Below are positions 47,385-56,777 of a stretch of 64,000 nucleotides of DNA, in pieces. A program made the position numbers and the translations under genes. Source of the stretch: a virus. The first letter of the stretch is position 1. Every line of letters starts with the position of its first letter. The notes under the pieces are model-generated. The model did not search any database, was not told where the DNA came from, and saw only the letters and a program-made list of their open reading frames with translations. The DNA is taken from positions 1 to 64,000 of IMG/VR virus record IMGVR_UViG_3300042565_001021; one strand, given 5' to 3'.

Positions 47385-47455
47385 ATAAATAATTGTGTAG
47401 TTCGCGGACCCTCCAATCCCAACTACTCTAACATAAAAGGACTATGTCAGCAATG
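47385..47455 (+). promoter_or_regulatory. late promoter plus conserved structured leader of homing endonuclease (copy B)
   Basis: ATAAATA; GTAGTT/AACTAC, GGA/TCC and ACATA/TATGT stems. Confidence 0.75.
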
Positions 47456-48228
47456 TATTTAACAAACAAATATACTAAGTGGTATAATAACATCATATTA
47501 ACCGCCAAAGCAAGAAGCTTGCTCAAAATTGGTTATTCTGAGAAACATCATATAATACCTAAATCGCTGGGTGGAAACAACAGTAAAGATAACATTGTTG
47601 CTTTAACCGCAAGAGAACACTATGTTTGCCATTTACTTTTACCTAAGATGACCACCGGTAAGGATAGAAATAAAATGGCCTACGCTCTCTCCACCGTATG
47701 CTAAGTGGAAATAGCGATAGGTATCTTCCTAAATCAAAAATATACGAACTTGTTCGTAAATCTATTAAGTCAATGCTTCTCGGTCGTGTTTTCACTAAAG
47801 ACACTCTACAGAAAATGAGTCTGGCAAAGAAAGGAAAACCTAAACCAGATGACATAGCAGCTCGGCTCCGTGTTGCTCGAAAAGGAATGACTAATAGTCA
47901 AGCACATAGAGACAAGTGTTCGTATGCGCTGAGCGGTAGAACCTTCTCAGATACAGCTAAAAAGAATATGAGCTTAAACCACGCAGATGTGGCAGGAAGT
48001 GGCAACCCAAGAGCAAGAGTATGGTTAGTAACAGACCCCAATGGAAAAGAAACTGTATTAAACGGTAACATGGGACAATTTTGCCAAGAAAATAACTTAC
48101 CTGTTTCAGTAATGAGATCAATTGGCCGCGGAAATCGGCCCCCTAAGAGTGGAAGATGCGTTGGTTGGGGTGTATCTCTTATTTCCGACGAATCCGACAT
48201 AATTCTATTAAGGTCGCGGACAGGTTAA
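47453..48228 (+). pseudogene. HNH homing endonuclease with a frameshift near 47685-47691
   Basis: EKHHIIPKSLGG.N...N...LTAREH...H HNH motif; removing one CT repeat unit gives AYALHRMLSG and joins the NUMOD ORF. Confidence 0.8.
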
Positions 48229-49111
48229 TCTCTGGGTCAGCGCAAAGCGAATGATTTACTAACCCTTGCCTGATAATAATGATTGCGTCATCTTGTTCTT
48301 CTTCACTGTCTCCCCATAAAGAGAGATTATTATAAGTCCAGGCAAAGATCTCATCAACGTCCTCTGGGTTAGCACTTCCGCAAATAAGAGCCCTTGCGTC
48401 TTTAATCTTGCCTTTCTTAAACAGATCAACTGCGTCAATGCGCCAGTCTAATATAGACTTGTCAGCAGCAGACGGCATTAACAGCTTTCCTGTAGTTGAA
48501 TGCTGTTGAACCGAGTTCAAGCATTTGCGCAGGTCTGGGTAAGTGCCTTTAACGTAAGAGTCTAAGGTGTCAAGGTCGAACTCCACACCTTCAGTTACTA
48601 GAACAGTTGCTACGCGGGCAGTGAATTCTGTATGATCAGTTTGCGCAAAGTGAAAACCTTGACAACGGCTGTGAAGCGGAGGTGTTATCTTGTTAGGGTG
48701 GTTAGTTGTCAAGATAAATCTAACGCACTGGCTGTATTCTTCCATGGTGGCTTTCATTGCGTCTTGGCCTTGAGGAGATATACGATCTGCTTCGTCTAAC
48801 AGGACTACCTTCATGTCCCCGAACGGCATGGTCTGGCAAAAAGGGTGTACTTTCTCACGGATAAATCCGATACCGTTCTCGCGTGACGCATTGACGTATA
48901 GAACATCGTAGTCATCAATCTCTAATTGATGAACTAACAACTTCGCAAGCGTTGTCTTTCCAATACCTGCGCTACCACTAAACAGCAGGTTTGGTATTGT
49001 CTTTGTCTTAATCCAGGCCTCTACCTGATGCCTTTGAGTTTCGTCTTTGAAGACGTAGGAAGAGACTTCTTTCGGACGGTATTTTTCTGTCCAAAGTTCA
49101 TTAATCGCCAT
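48179..49111 (-). CDS. clamp loader AAA+ subunit (gp44/RFC-like)
   Basis: LWTEKYRP, GSAGIGKTT, DEAD and SRC motifs. Confidence 0.93.
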   Translation of the reverse strand: MAINELWTEKYRPKEVSSYVFKDETQRHQVEAWIKTKTIPNLLFSGSAGIGKTTLAKLLVHQLEIDDYDVLYVNASRENGIGFIREKVHPFCQTMPFGDMKVVLLDEADRISPQGQDAMKATMEEYSQCVRFILTTNHPNKITPPLHSRCQGFHFAQTDHTEFTARVATVLVTEGVEFDLDTLDSYVKGTYPDLRKCLNSVQQHSTTGKLLMPSAADKSILDWRIDAVDLFKKGKIKDARALICGSANPEDVDEIFAWTYNNLSLWGDSEEEQDDAIIIIRQGLVNHSLCADPEINLSATLIELCRIRRK

Positions 49112-49175
49112 TTGCTACCTTTCTAAAGTATAGCTAATTATAGTGGTTCAGTCAGGTAAAGAGCAAGTCGTTTGA

Positions 49176-49562
49176 TTAATACCGCGGAGCACCGTTCATC
49201 TGTTCGTTAGTAAGCGGGATGCCCATGTTTTCGTCTAGTATTTCTTCGTCCGAAATAGCTAGGATATCGTCAGTATCAACACGGCGAACTGTATGCTTGC
49301 CATCAGCATCCTTAATATCGACACCTCGTGTCCAGCGTCCATGAGATACAAGGACCCATTGGCCGACTCTAATGTGTTTCTGGTCTGGACCGACAGAATA
49401 AACTCGTCCCCAACGAGGATGAACCCCGTGCAGTTGTTTGTCATCGCTTGGTATAAACAAGCCTGTTGAAGTGACGCGCTCTTTAAACTGCATGTCTGCT
49501 ACAATAACTCCGTCGAACAACGGGGTTAAGGACTTTAATTCAATCGGATCGTATGCGCTCAT
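49176..49562 (-). CDS. GroES-like co-chaperonin
   Basis: PL.D.VIV, T.TGLFIP and G.V.SVGP motifs. Confidence 0.8.
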   Translation of the reverse strand: MSAYDPIELKSLTPLFDGVIVADMQFKERVTSTGLFIPSDDKQLHGVHPRWGRVYSVGPDQKHIRVGQWVLVSHGRWTRGVDIKDADGKHTVRRVDTDDILAISDEEILDENMGIPLTNEQMNGAPRY

Positions 49563-49753
49563 TTAATGTTTTCTTTCTCTAGGATAGTTAAAGTTACTGC
49601 TTTCCGTATCTTCTTAGCTGATACATGTTCTGGTTCTTGCCATGGTTTAAGAATAGGCAAGAACCCTTGTTTCTTTCGTTCTTTCTCAGCCCTGGCTTGG
49701 TAAATTCTACTAGCCTCTTTAATAGTAACCATCATCGGATACTTTTTGCTCAT
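49559..49753 (-). CDS. hypothetical protein
   Basis: basic ORF with ATGA overlaps at both ends. Confidence 0.55.
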   Translation of the reverse strand: MSKKYPMMVTIKEASRIYQARAEKERKKQGFLPILKPWQEPEHVSAKKIRKAVTLTILEKENIK

Positions 49754-50112
49754 TTTTTAGATTTCGATACTGTGCTTGCTAATGTGCCACGCATTGGCTT
49801 TGCTGTTGGCTTTGGTGCTACTACGGCCTCTTGTGGTTCTTCAAAGTCAGACTCGTCAAGCCCAGATTTTGCGCTAATAGGTGCGTCTGCTTGCGCTGTG
49901 TGCTTAGGCGGATCCATTGCGGTCGGAGTCTTCAGAGCGTAATACTCTTTCATTATCTGATCTTTAGTTTTCACTACTTTGCCGCCGCGGCCGAGCTCGT
50001 CGCCCCTAGCATTTACTTTCATGTTACCGATAGCAATCGCTGTGTCATTTTTAAGGAATAGTTTTTCAACGTCGACTACTTTCCCCATCGCTGTTCTGTG
50101 AATCTTTGGCAT
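49750..50112 (-). CDS. late hypothetical protein
   Basis: RTA.GK.VD and GNM.VNARGD.LG.GG motifs; TATAAATA at 50136-50143. Confidence 0.65.
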   Translation of the reverse strand: MPKIHRTAMGKVVDVEKLFLKNDTAIAIGNMKVNARGDELGRGGKVVKTKDQIMKEYYALKTPTAMDPPKHTAQADAPISAKSGLDESDFEEPQEAVVAPKPTAKPMRGTLASTVSKSKK

Positions 50113-50157
50113 TGTGTTGTTCTCCTGTTGTTAAGTATTTATAGGACTTAACATGGG

Positions 50158-50670
50158 TTATTTTAAAAACTCTTCGATAGGGAGATCAAAAAATAGAGAA
50201 TTTATGCGGTGTACGCCTATGAGGTAAAGGACATAAGACGCAGTTGAACTACCGCGACCAACTCCCCACACTATTCCATTTTTACGAAAGGTATCAACCA
50301 GATATTTCATAAAACGCAGAATATCAAATGCGTCACGGTCTTGGAACATTAGCAGCTCTTTACCGACCCGTTGTAGTTCTTCGTCGGTCTTACATTCACG
50401 CAATACCCAATTGGCTATGTCTAGTGTTTTGTATTCGTCCGGCATCAACCAATTGCCTTGGTTTTGTTTGTCAAAGTCTTCGACTGAAATCTCTAGTGTC
50501 TTGTATTTTTCTAACTTCGGGAGATCGACAAACAGAGCCTTGATGCTGTTATTAAAGTCCTCTGGGTCGTCGACCCTGATATTGCTCAAGTCAAGCAAAG
50601 GATCTGCGTATAACATATCGCATATCTCTTCTGAGCTTGCGTGAGGAGTTCCGTATTTGTCTATTTGCAC
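50158..50670 (-). CDS. truncated DNA polymerase III alpha (DnaE)-like protein
   Basis: R...EL and GVGRGSS.AS.VLY..G motifs; ends before the PDxD catalytic motif. Confidence 0.75.
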   Translation of the reverse strand: MQIDKYGTPHASSEEICDMLYADPLLDLSNIRVDDPEDFNNSIKALFVDLPKLEKYKTLEISVEDFDKQNQGNWLMPDEYKTLDIANWVLRECKTDEELQRVGKELLMFQDRDAFDILRFMKYLVDTFRKNGIVWGVGRGSSTASYVLYLIGVHRINSLFFDLPIEEFLK

Positions 50671-50924
50671 TTGCTTTCCTCTATCTTCATAATTGCTACC
50701 ATGTTAGCGATTATTTCGTCGTCGATTGCTCTCTGAATTTCAACAGCAATTCGCGCACTCATTTCGGCCTCAAACTTTTCCTGCTCTGTTCGGTTGTCAA
50801 CTGGAGCCTGTAAAGCTTCCCAAGTTGCCTTCTTGCTTACTCGTTTCTTTTTAGGTTTAGGACATTGCGGCATTTCCACAATGTAATCTGTCAGCCATTT
50901 GGCCATTAGTTTTCGATCAGTCAT
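50661..50924 (-). CDS. hypothetical protein
   Basis: likely start MTDRKL at 50924. Confidence 0.5.
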   Translation of the reverse strand: MTDRKLMAKWLTDYIVEMPQCPKPKKKRVSKKATWEALQAPVDNRTEQEKFEAEMSARIAVEIQRAIDDEIIANMVAIMKIEESKCK

Positions 50925-51096
50925 CTTTTTTCTTAGCTGTGTAACAGCGGTCAAAATAGGCTTCGTCTGCCCGTTCTGCTGCTGCCCGTATCTTCTCACG
51001 GATCAATCTACCAAGTTCACCTTCGTTATAACGCCGTCGCAACTCTTCTGCGCTAGTGTTTAATGTTTTCCACATCTCTTCTTGCTCAGGTGTCAT
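50917..51096 (-). CDS. hypothetical protein, 59 aa (not in the ORF track)
   Basis: MTPEQEEMWKTL...; N-terminus matches the adjacent gene. Confidence 0.6.
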   Translation of the reverse strand: MTPEQEEMWKTLNTSAEELRRRYNEGELGRLIREKIRAAAERADEAYFDRCYTAKKKDD

Positions 51097-51268
51097 CTTT
51101 GCTAGCTCTGTCTAATAACTCTTTTCCGATCGAATCTCTAAGAGAATCTCTAAGTACCCGCAAGTTTTTTCTGATTGTAGCCTGAAACCTTTCTTCGGCA
51201 ATCTCAGCAGCAATTTCCTCGTTAGTTTTCTTTAGTAAATCCCACACCTTTTGTTGCTCAGGTGTCAT
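51086..51268 (-). CDS. hypothetical protein
   Basis: MTPEQQKVWDLL N-terminus. Confidence 0.6.
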   Translation of the reverse strand: MTPEQQKVWDLLKKTNEEIAAEIAEERFQATIRKNLRVLRDSLRDSIGKELLDRASKDDT

Positions 51269-51269
51269 C

Positions 51270-51509
51270 TTAATTAATGTCGATGATGTTCTTAAACTCT
51301 GCCGATTTTTCGACCATCTCAGCTATCTTTATGTCGTTGCGCCTAGTTAGTTCGGCATGGTAATCTCTCTGAAACATTTGGAGTTGATTAATAGCATCTC
51401 CCATTCCGAGCCTATAAGCTTGGCTAATCCTCTTAGCGATTTCACCTATCTTCGTCTGGAGCTCGTCGTCCGTTAGTTTGGTTAAATCCTGTATCAATGG
51501 GTGAGTCAT
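51270..51509 (-). CDS. hypothetical helical protein
   Basis: HPL..DL..LTD.EL..KI motif; AAGGA RBS. Confidence 0.65.
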   Translation of the reverse strand: MTHPLIQDLTKLTDDELQTKIGEIAKRISQAYRLGMGDAINQLQMFQRDYHAELTRRNDIKIAEMVEKSAEFKNIIDIN

Positions 51510-51858
51510 GATTAAGTCCTTTAATTAGCACAGCTGGTCGGTTTGAAGTAAACCATTTGAACCACTTCTTCGGATCAATTCCAGTTTGAAGACCGTGCAC
51601 TGTACAGTTATTTACTCTCTGCCAGGTGCCATGCTCGGTAAATTGACACGGGCGACGGTTCATGTCGTAGTCAAACTTAACTGTACCTTCCCACTCAATA
51701 CCTTTCTTACCGTCTTCGATAAACAGATAATCTCCGTCTGCTAAGATATTTAGTGAAGCATATCCAGCAGCTGAGTTATCAAAAACTGCCCATACGATCC
51801 CTTCTGTGTGCTGTTCAGAAAATGCTTCTAAGGTGCCTATAATTCGAATTGGTATCAT
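51442..51858 (-). CDS. hypothetical protein
   Basis: 138-aa ORF with ATGA coupling. Confidence 0.55.
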   Translation of the reverse strand: MIPIRIIGTLEAFSEQHTEGIVWAVFDNSAAGYASLNILADGDYLFIEDGKKGIEWEGTVKFDYDMNRRPCQFTEHGTWQRVNNCTVHGLQTGIDPKKWFKWFTSNRPAVLIKGLNHDSPIDTGFNQTNGRRAPDEDR

Positions 51859-52319
51859 GGTTTCTTTGGCGGCGAAAGGTAAGTTGTATTTTTTTCGCTT
51901 GTTAACTTATTTAACTCAATCCAGGACTTTGTCTCTTCTAAATCTAACCCTTCCCACAGCACTTCTGTCGTCTTAGTTTCTTTTGCTAACGACGCTCCTT
52001 CGAGGAATTTCAGATGCGCAGCCATAGCTTCGTCTTTATCTGCGAACCAAGTGTTATCGACTCGTTTCCAATTTTTATCGATGTATGTTTCTGTGTAGTA
52101 ATAAGTCTTTGCGGCGCCGTTAATAGGTTCTACGGTGTAGGCAACAAATCGAGTATTAGATTTATTGTGCTTAACGATGGCCGTCGTCTCTCGCTTTTTT
52201 ACTTGTGGGAGTGTAGTAGAAACTACTCCTTCAGCAGGCGGAAACACTAAGGTAATCGATACCTTAGCTTTCCACAGATCGCGTAACTTTTTAGATATCG
52301 CCTTGAGCACGGTTTTCAC
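51855..52319 (-). CDS. hypothetical protein
   Basis: 154-aa ORF; start uncertain. Confidence 0.5.
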   Translation of the reverse strand: MKTVLKAISKKLRDLWKAKVSITLVFPPAEGVVSTTLPQVKKRETTAIVKHNKSNTRFVAYTVEPINGAAKTYYYTETYIDKNWKRVDNTWFADKDEAMAAHLKFLEGASLAKETKTTEVLWEGLDLEETKSWIELNKLTSEKNTTYLSPPKKP

Positions 52320-52698
52320 TTGCGTCTACGCTGAACTTACCGCCTGGATAACGAGACTCAAGCTTAGTTACATTGTCGGCAATGATTTGGTTTGGATCAA
52401 GATTAAGAGCGCGACATGCGTTAGTCCAATACCAAATTACATCACCTAATTCTTTTGCACAATGGGCGCGGGTTTCTTCAGTAAAGGGTTTGCCGTGAAA
52501 CAGGATTTTCTTAAAGATTTCCGAAAACTCACCAGCTTCACCAGACATACCCATTGCCGCTGTAAGGGCAAGAGAGATGTTTAGATTGCCATCCAAGTCA
52601 ATTTGGTAAATGCGTTGGGTAAAATCAGTTGCGCTTTCCGAATCGCGGCTGGTGATAGCTTTAACAAATTCGGTGTATTTTTGTAGATCAATCTGCAT
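52291..52698 (-). CDS. MazG-like nucleotide pyrophosphohydrolase
   Basis: GEAGEF.E..KK, KELGDV.WY and N..KL..RY motifs. Confidence 0.88.
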   Translation of the reverse strand: MQIDLQKYTEFVKAITSRDSESATDFTQRIYQIDLDGNLNISLALTAAMGMSGEAGEFSEIFKKILFHGKPFTEETRAHCAKELGDVIWYWTNACRALNLDPNQIIADNVTKLESRYPGGKFSVDASENRAQGDI

Positions 52699-52722
52699 AA
52701 CATCTCCTGATTAAGTTCTACC

Positions 52723-52751
52723 ATTATAGCAGAACGAACCAGGAGAGTCAA
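52723..52751 (-). promoter_or_regulatory. sigma70-like promoter
   Basis: TTGACT-N17-TATAAT with extended -10 TG. Confidence 0.7.
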
Positions 52752-52760
52752 ACATTATGG

Positions 52761-53711
52761 TTAGCCAAATGTGGCACCGTTGTTACCAACGCAGAACCAT
52801 TTTGAACCAACGTACCTTAAGGTACATGCCTCACCAACTGCGTCTAACGTAATGGTACCAGAACCACCCCAGCCTGGGTTAGTAACCGTGATAACATACG
52901 CATCGGTCGGTCCCGAGTTTGCTAACATCATGAATTCGTGTAACTGGCCTTCCCTTGATCCTGCTGCAAATGTAGCAGTGCTTGGTCCTGCTGCCAATGA
53001 AATATGTGAGCTTGTAACTGCTACGTTACCAACACCTGGACTAGTTAATGTCTGTGCTGGTCCGACCCATACGTTAGCGGTTAGACCAGATACATCAGTT
53101 TGTAGAGTCGTTACATCGGCCGCGATAGCAACTTCTTCTGGGCTCTGTACGCCTGTTGGACCAACTAGTAACTTAACTGTAACTGCTAATCCTGCGTTAG
53201 CCGAACTGAACTCAAACAGGTAGTTACCTGCCACTGGTGGAGTAAAGACCTGTCCAGTAACTCCGGGAATCTGTCCTAAGCCAAAGACAACTTCAGCAGG
53301 GAAAGTTAGCGTTTCAGTGATAAGCATTCCTGTAAACAATACCTGAATCGTCGAATACTGTCCAGAAGCTGGCCAATTAGCGTAAGATAGAGTTAAGTTT
53401 TCAGTTACTTCTTTAGTCTGATAATCACCGAGTGAATAGTCAATTGCTAGAGTAGCACCTGCACCGGTTGTGTAGTTGTGTACTTTTTCAGTTGCACCCC
53501 ATAACTTAGGATTCTTTAGGGTCGTAGTAGCTAGGTTGTTTTCTGCTCCAATAGTAACTGCGCTACTTTGAAGAGCAGTAATCTCACTTTCAGCAACTTG
53601 CAGGTTAGACCTGATGTTAGTGAAGTTGTCACGGAATCCTTGGCTATCGTTGTCCTGTCCGGCAATTGGATAGGCTACGTTGATATTTGCTGGGTAAATA
53701 TTGCTTGCCAT
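52761..53711 (-). CDS. virion structural protein
   Basis: YP.AGQDNDSQGFRDNF N-terminus; tandem ATAAATA promoters upstream. Confidence 0.7.
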   Translation of the reverse strand: MASNIYPANINVAYPIAGQDNDSQGFRDNFTNIRSNLQVAESEITALQSSAVTIGAENNLATTTLKNPKLWGATEKVHNYTTGAGATLAIDYSLGDYQTKEVTENLTLSYANWPASGQYSTIQVLFTGMLITETLTFPAEVVFGLGQIPGVTGQVFTPPVAGNYLFEFSSANAGLAVTVKLLVGPTGVQSPEEVAIAADVTTLQTDVSGLTANVWVGPAQTLTSPGVGNVAVTSSHISLAAGPSTATFAAGSREGQLHEFMMLANSGPTDAYVITVTNPGWGGSGTITLDAVGEACTLRYVGSKWFCVGNNGATFG

Positions 53712-53753
53712 GTAAAATGTCCTTATTAAGTGTATTACTTATTTATCTATTTA

Positions 53754-56700
53754 TCAGTTGTAGATATTAGTTTTCGGGAATTTCAAGTAAACATCCAACG
53801 ATTCTGGCGGTAGGTACATATCCCTGTTATTGTAGAACCTAGTTCCACCACAGTCGAATCTAGTAGTATCGCCTGCTATCTTGTTTTCAGTTGTTAGAAT
53901 TGTATAAGTAGGTACTGTATTTCCTGGTTGCGTAATCGGGTTATAGTAAATCTTAGAGTTACCGTAGCTGCGACCACCTGTACCAACAAGAACGTGCTGA
54001 TTAATCTCAACTTCTTTAACAAATACCAAGGTGACTAGTTTGTCTTCGTAGTTGTCGGCATCTCCTAGCACTATTTGCCATATTCCAGCTCTTTGATTTA
54101 CTTCGTTGTTTAGTAGCTTGTCTAAGAACCCCGGAATTACCGTTGATGGAGCATACGGTTCGCTGCCCCAAGGGTCAGAACCATACGGGGCAGATTCTAG
54201 GTTCCATCCATCGTTTGGACTATTGTACTCTCTCGGAGAGACAGATAAGTTAAATCCTGACGAATCGAAATTGTTAGTGTCATAGGCATCTTTAACGTAT
54301 CCTGCAAAACCGTCGCTGTACTTTTCTTGTTTAGCAAAGACTACAAGTTGCCCGTCTTTAATATTAACTGAGCCGTCTAATCCTCCGGCAATTGTTATGT
54401 AATGGATTGTTCTACCGTTTACTTCGTCGAATGGTATAGTTACCGCAAAGTCTACATTACCAGCGTATGGGTTTTGTTCAGTGTTCGGCGGCAATCTATC
54501 AAACGTAGTTTCAGCCGAATCGATAAACTTCTTCTCGCCTATGTCATAGAACTTACTTAACGTGTGATCAAGTTGGTACCTATCTGCGACGAAGTCGATG
54601 TTATTAAACGATATATTGTTTTGCTTTAACCTGTACGCAATTAATTTGCTTGCGCCCGGCACAGTATATGCAAGGATAACGCCTCGAGTAAATCCTAATA
54701 CTCGGCTGTCTTCTTGAGGGTTAATCATCCACTGTGGTAGAGCACCTTTGTTATTGTACCCTACTGCTCCTACTTCTGTCTTCATATTATCTAGGCTGTT
54801 TGGGTGAACAACAGTAAATGGTGGAACATTGTACGGACTTTTAACTTCGGCAGTTCTATCTATGTAGGAAGCAACAGATTTACCGTTCTCTGTTAACTCG
54901 TCTAGTACTTCGACGTACACGATCTCATACTTAACGTTAAAATTAGCATCTGTTGCAATTGCAGTTTTTATGTTCCCTAAGTTGACTTGCTTGTTGTAAT
55001 GGTTATTTTCCATCTCGGCAATGTACGACGCTGCTAAGTTAGGTTCTAGCCCGGCAGCAAACAAGAATTTGATACTAGTTGCTTTTCCAAACCAAGGATC
55101 ACCAGCTCGGTATATTAACTGATCTGGAAAAATATCAGTATCAGCTACAGTCGATAAGAATGTCTCTCTCTGATCTCTGCTTGGTAGTGCTTTTAAGTAA
55201 ATATTTTCGTAAGGATGAATGTTATAGTTCTTAACTCTGATAGTAAACGTCTTATCGTCTGACACAGTTTCATTCGACACTACCGTTGGGTCTGTATCGT
55301 CAGACGCAGTAACAGTGAATGTGTAAACATTGTCAAAGAACAGAGTATTCTTATCAAAGGTTGTTGTTCTACTATCCATTGAAAAATGGTCAAATGAAAC
55401 TCTACCTACTAACAAACCGTTTGGTAATAGCGTTAGTCCTTGTGGCAACTTGCTCTTTACAACTGGAGTGTAATCAATGACTGTCTGGTCAGCTTCGATC
55501 CCTACAGGATTTGGTGTGCCTTCTGCTATCCTGTAATTAAGTGTCTTTCCTTTTCTTGACACAGCAACAATGGATACTTCGCTTATGTCGCCGTTTGTTA
55601 TTAATCCTAAGTCAGACGGAGTTGACCAATCAATCGTATTGTTTCTATCGCCTAGTACAGTTAGCGTGAATGTTACATACTGGCTTCTCGCATCTTCTAC
55701 GTCATTGACTTCAGTCCAACAGTATACCTGAAACGTATAAGTTTTAACTTCCTCAGTTTGAGCGCCTAGCGATCCGGTTATCCAGCCTGTTGTTTCGTCG
55801 ATTGTTACTCCAGGAGGTAATGTAAAGTCAATTTGGTCGAAAGCATCCTGGTCGAAAGCCGACGTTGGTATTCCTGGATGCTCTACAGTAGGCTCTTGGT
55901 CAAACCAAGCCGCATTTTCTGTCAGAATTCCCCAGTGTAACGTATCTCCGTCGAGGTCTCGTCCTTCAACCTTAAAGGCAAAGTTACTTAACTGACGTTG
56001 CTCTGGTAGTTCTTGCGGACGAGTAATAACATAAGGAGCGTGTTGTTCGTCGGTATCAACAGTAATAGTGTTATTGTCGATTGTTAGTTCAGTATTGTCA
56101 ATTGACAAAGTGTCTTTAGCCTGTACAGTTAGTGTGTACCTAGACAGATCAAACCTAGCTCCGTCAAAGACCTGGATCTCAAATCTGTACGTTCTAGTCT
56201 GCGGTCTTGCTGTAGGTTGATCCCACAGTGGTCCATCCCATAGCCCATTGCCCCAACGTAAGATTGCTACTTCTTCGTCGAGGTAAACTGGTTCTAAGTA
56301 CCCGAATAGTCTTCCTTCTTCAGTTAGTTCTACCCCAGGAGGTAGTTCTCCGTCGACTAGCTTCCATTCTAATCCGGCGACTGAGTTCTGGTCAGTTGCT
56401 TCTAGTTGTAGGTCGAAGAAGTATCCGTCGTACCAAGTGCCTAACGACACATTCTTAGGAATAATTTGCGGAATAGAGATAGAATTTGTAACAATACTAA
56501 ATGTTCTATCGTTAATCTGACCGCGCCCGTTTGTAATTCGAACTGTGAACGTCTGTAAGTATTCCTGTTGATCTACAGATGCTTCTTCAACTGACGCCAC
56601 GCCTTGTATCAATCCAGTTCTAGTCAGTCCGAGGCCATCAGTTAAATTACCGGCTATTACGGTGTAAGTGAGAGGCAACCCTTGTGTGTCATACGCGTCA

Positions 56701-56777
56701 AGTTGAAACTCGAAGTATTCTTCTTCAGCGATACTAGCAATTTGCCCCTTAGGAGTGATCCACTTAATTTCTGACAT
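53754..56777 (-). CDS. baseplate-like protein with Ig-like repeats
   Basis: repeated G.LP.GL.L...G.I.G and F.V...D Ig modules; acidic, 1007 aa. Confidence 0.7.
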   Translation of the reverse strand: MSEIKWITPKGQIASIAEEEYFEFQLDAYDTQGLPLTYTVIAGNLTDGLGLTRTGLIQGVASVEEASVDQQEYLQTFTVRITNGRGQINDRTFSIVTNSISIPQIIPKNVSLGTWYDGYFFDLQLEATDQNSVAGLEWKLVDGELPPGVELTEEGRLFGYLEPVYLDEEVAILRWGNGLWDGPLWDQPTARPQTRTYRFEIQVFDGARFDLSRYTLTVQAKDTLSIDNTELTIDNNTITVDTDEQHAPYVITRPQELPEQRQLSNFAFKVEGRDLDGDTLHWGILTENAAWFDQEPTVEHPGIPTSAFDQDAFDQIDFTLPPGVTIDETTGWITGSLGAQTEEVKTYTFQVYCWTEVNDVEDARSQYVTFTLTVLGDRNNTIDWSTPSDLGLITNGDISEVSIVAVSRKGKTLNYRIAEGTPNPVGIEADQTVIDYTPVVKSKLPQGLTLLPNGLLVGRVSFDHFSMDSRTTTFDKNTLFFDNVYTFTVTASDDTDPTVVSNETVSDDKTFTIRVKNYNIHPYENIYLKALPSRDQRETFLSTVADTDIFPDQLIYRAGDPWFGKATSIKFLFAAGLEPNLAASYIAEMENNHYNKQVNLGNIKTAIATDANFNVKYEIVYVEVLDELTENGKSVASYIDRTAEVKSPYNVPPFTVVHPNSLDNMKTEVGAVGYNNKGALPQWMINPQEDSRVLGFTRGVILAYTVPGASKLIAYRLKQNNISFNNIDFVADRYQLDHTLSKFYDIGEKKFIDSAETTFDRLPPNTEQNPYAGNVDFAVTIPFDEVNGRTIHYITIAGGLDGSVNIKDGQLVVFAKQEKYSDGFAGYVKDAYDTNNFDSSGFNLSVSPREYNSPNDGWNLESAPYGSDPWGSEPYAPSTVIPGFLDKLLNNEVNQRAGIWQIVLGDADNYEDKLVTLVFVKEVEINQHVLVGTGGRSYGNSKIYYNPITQPGNTVPTYTILTTENKIAGDTTRFDCGGTRFYNNRDMYLPPESLDVYLKFPKTNIYN

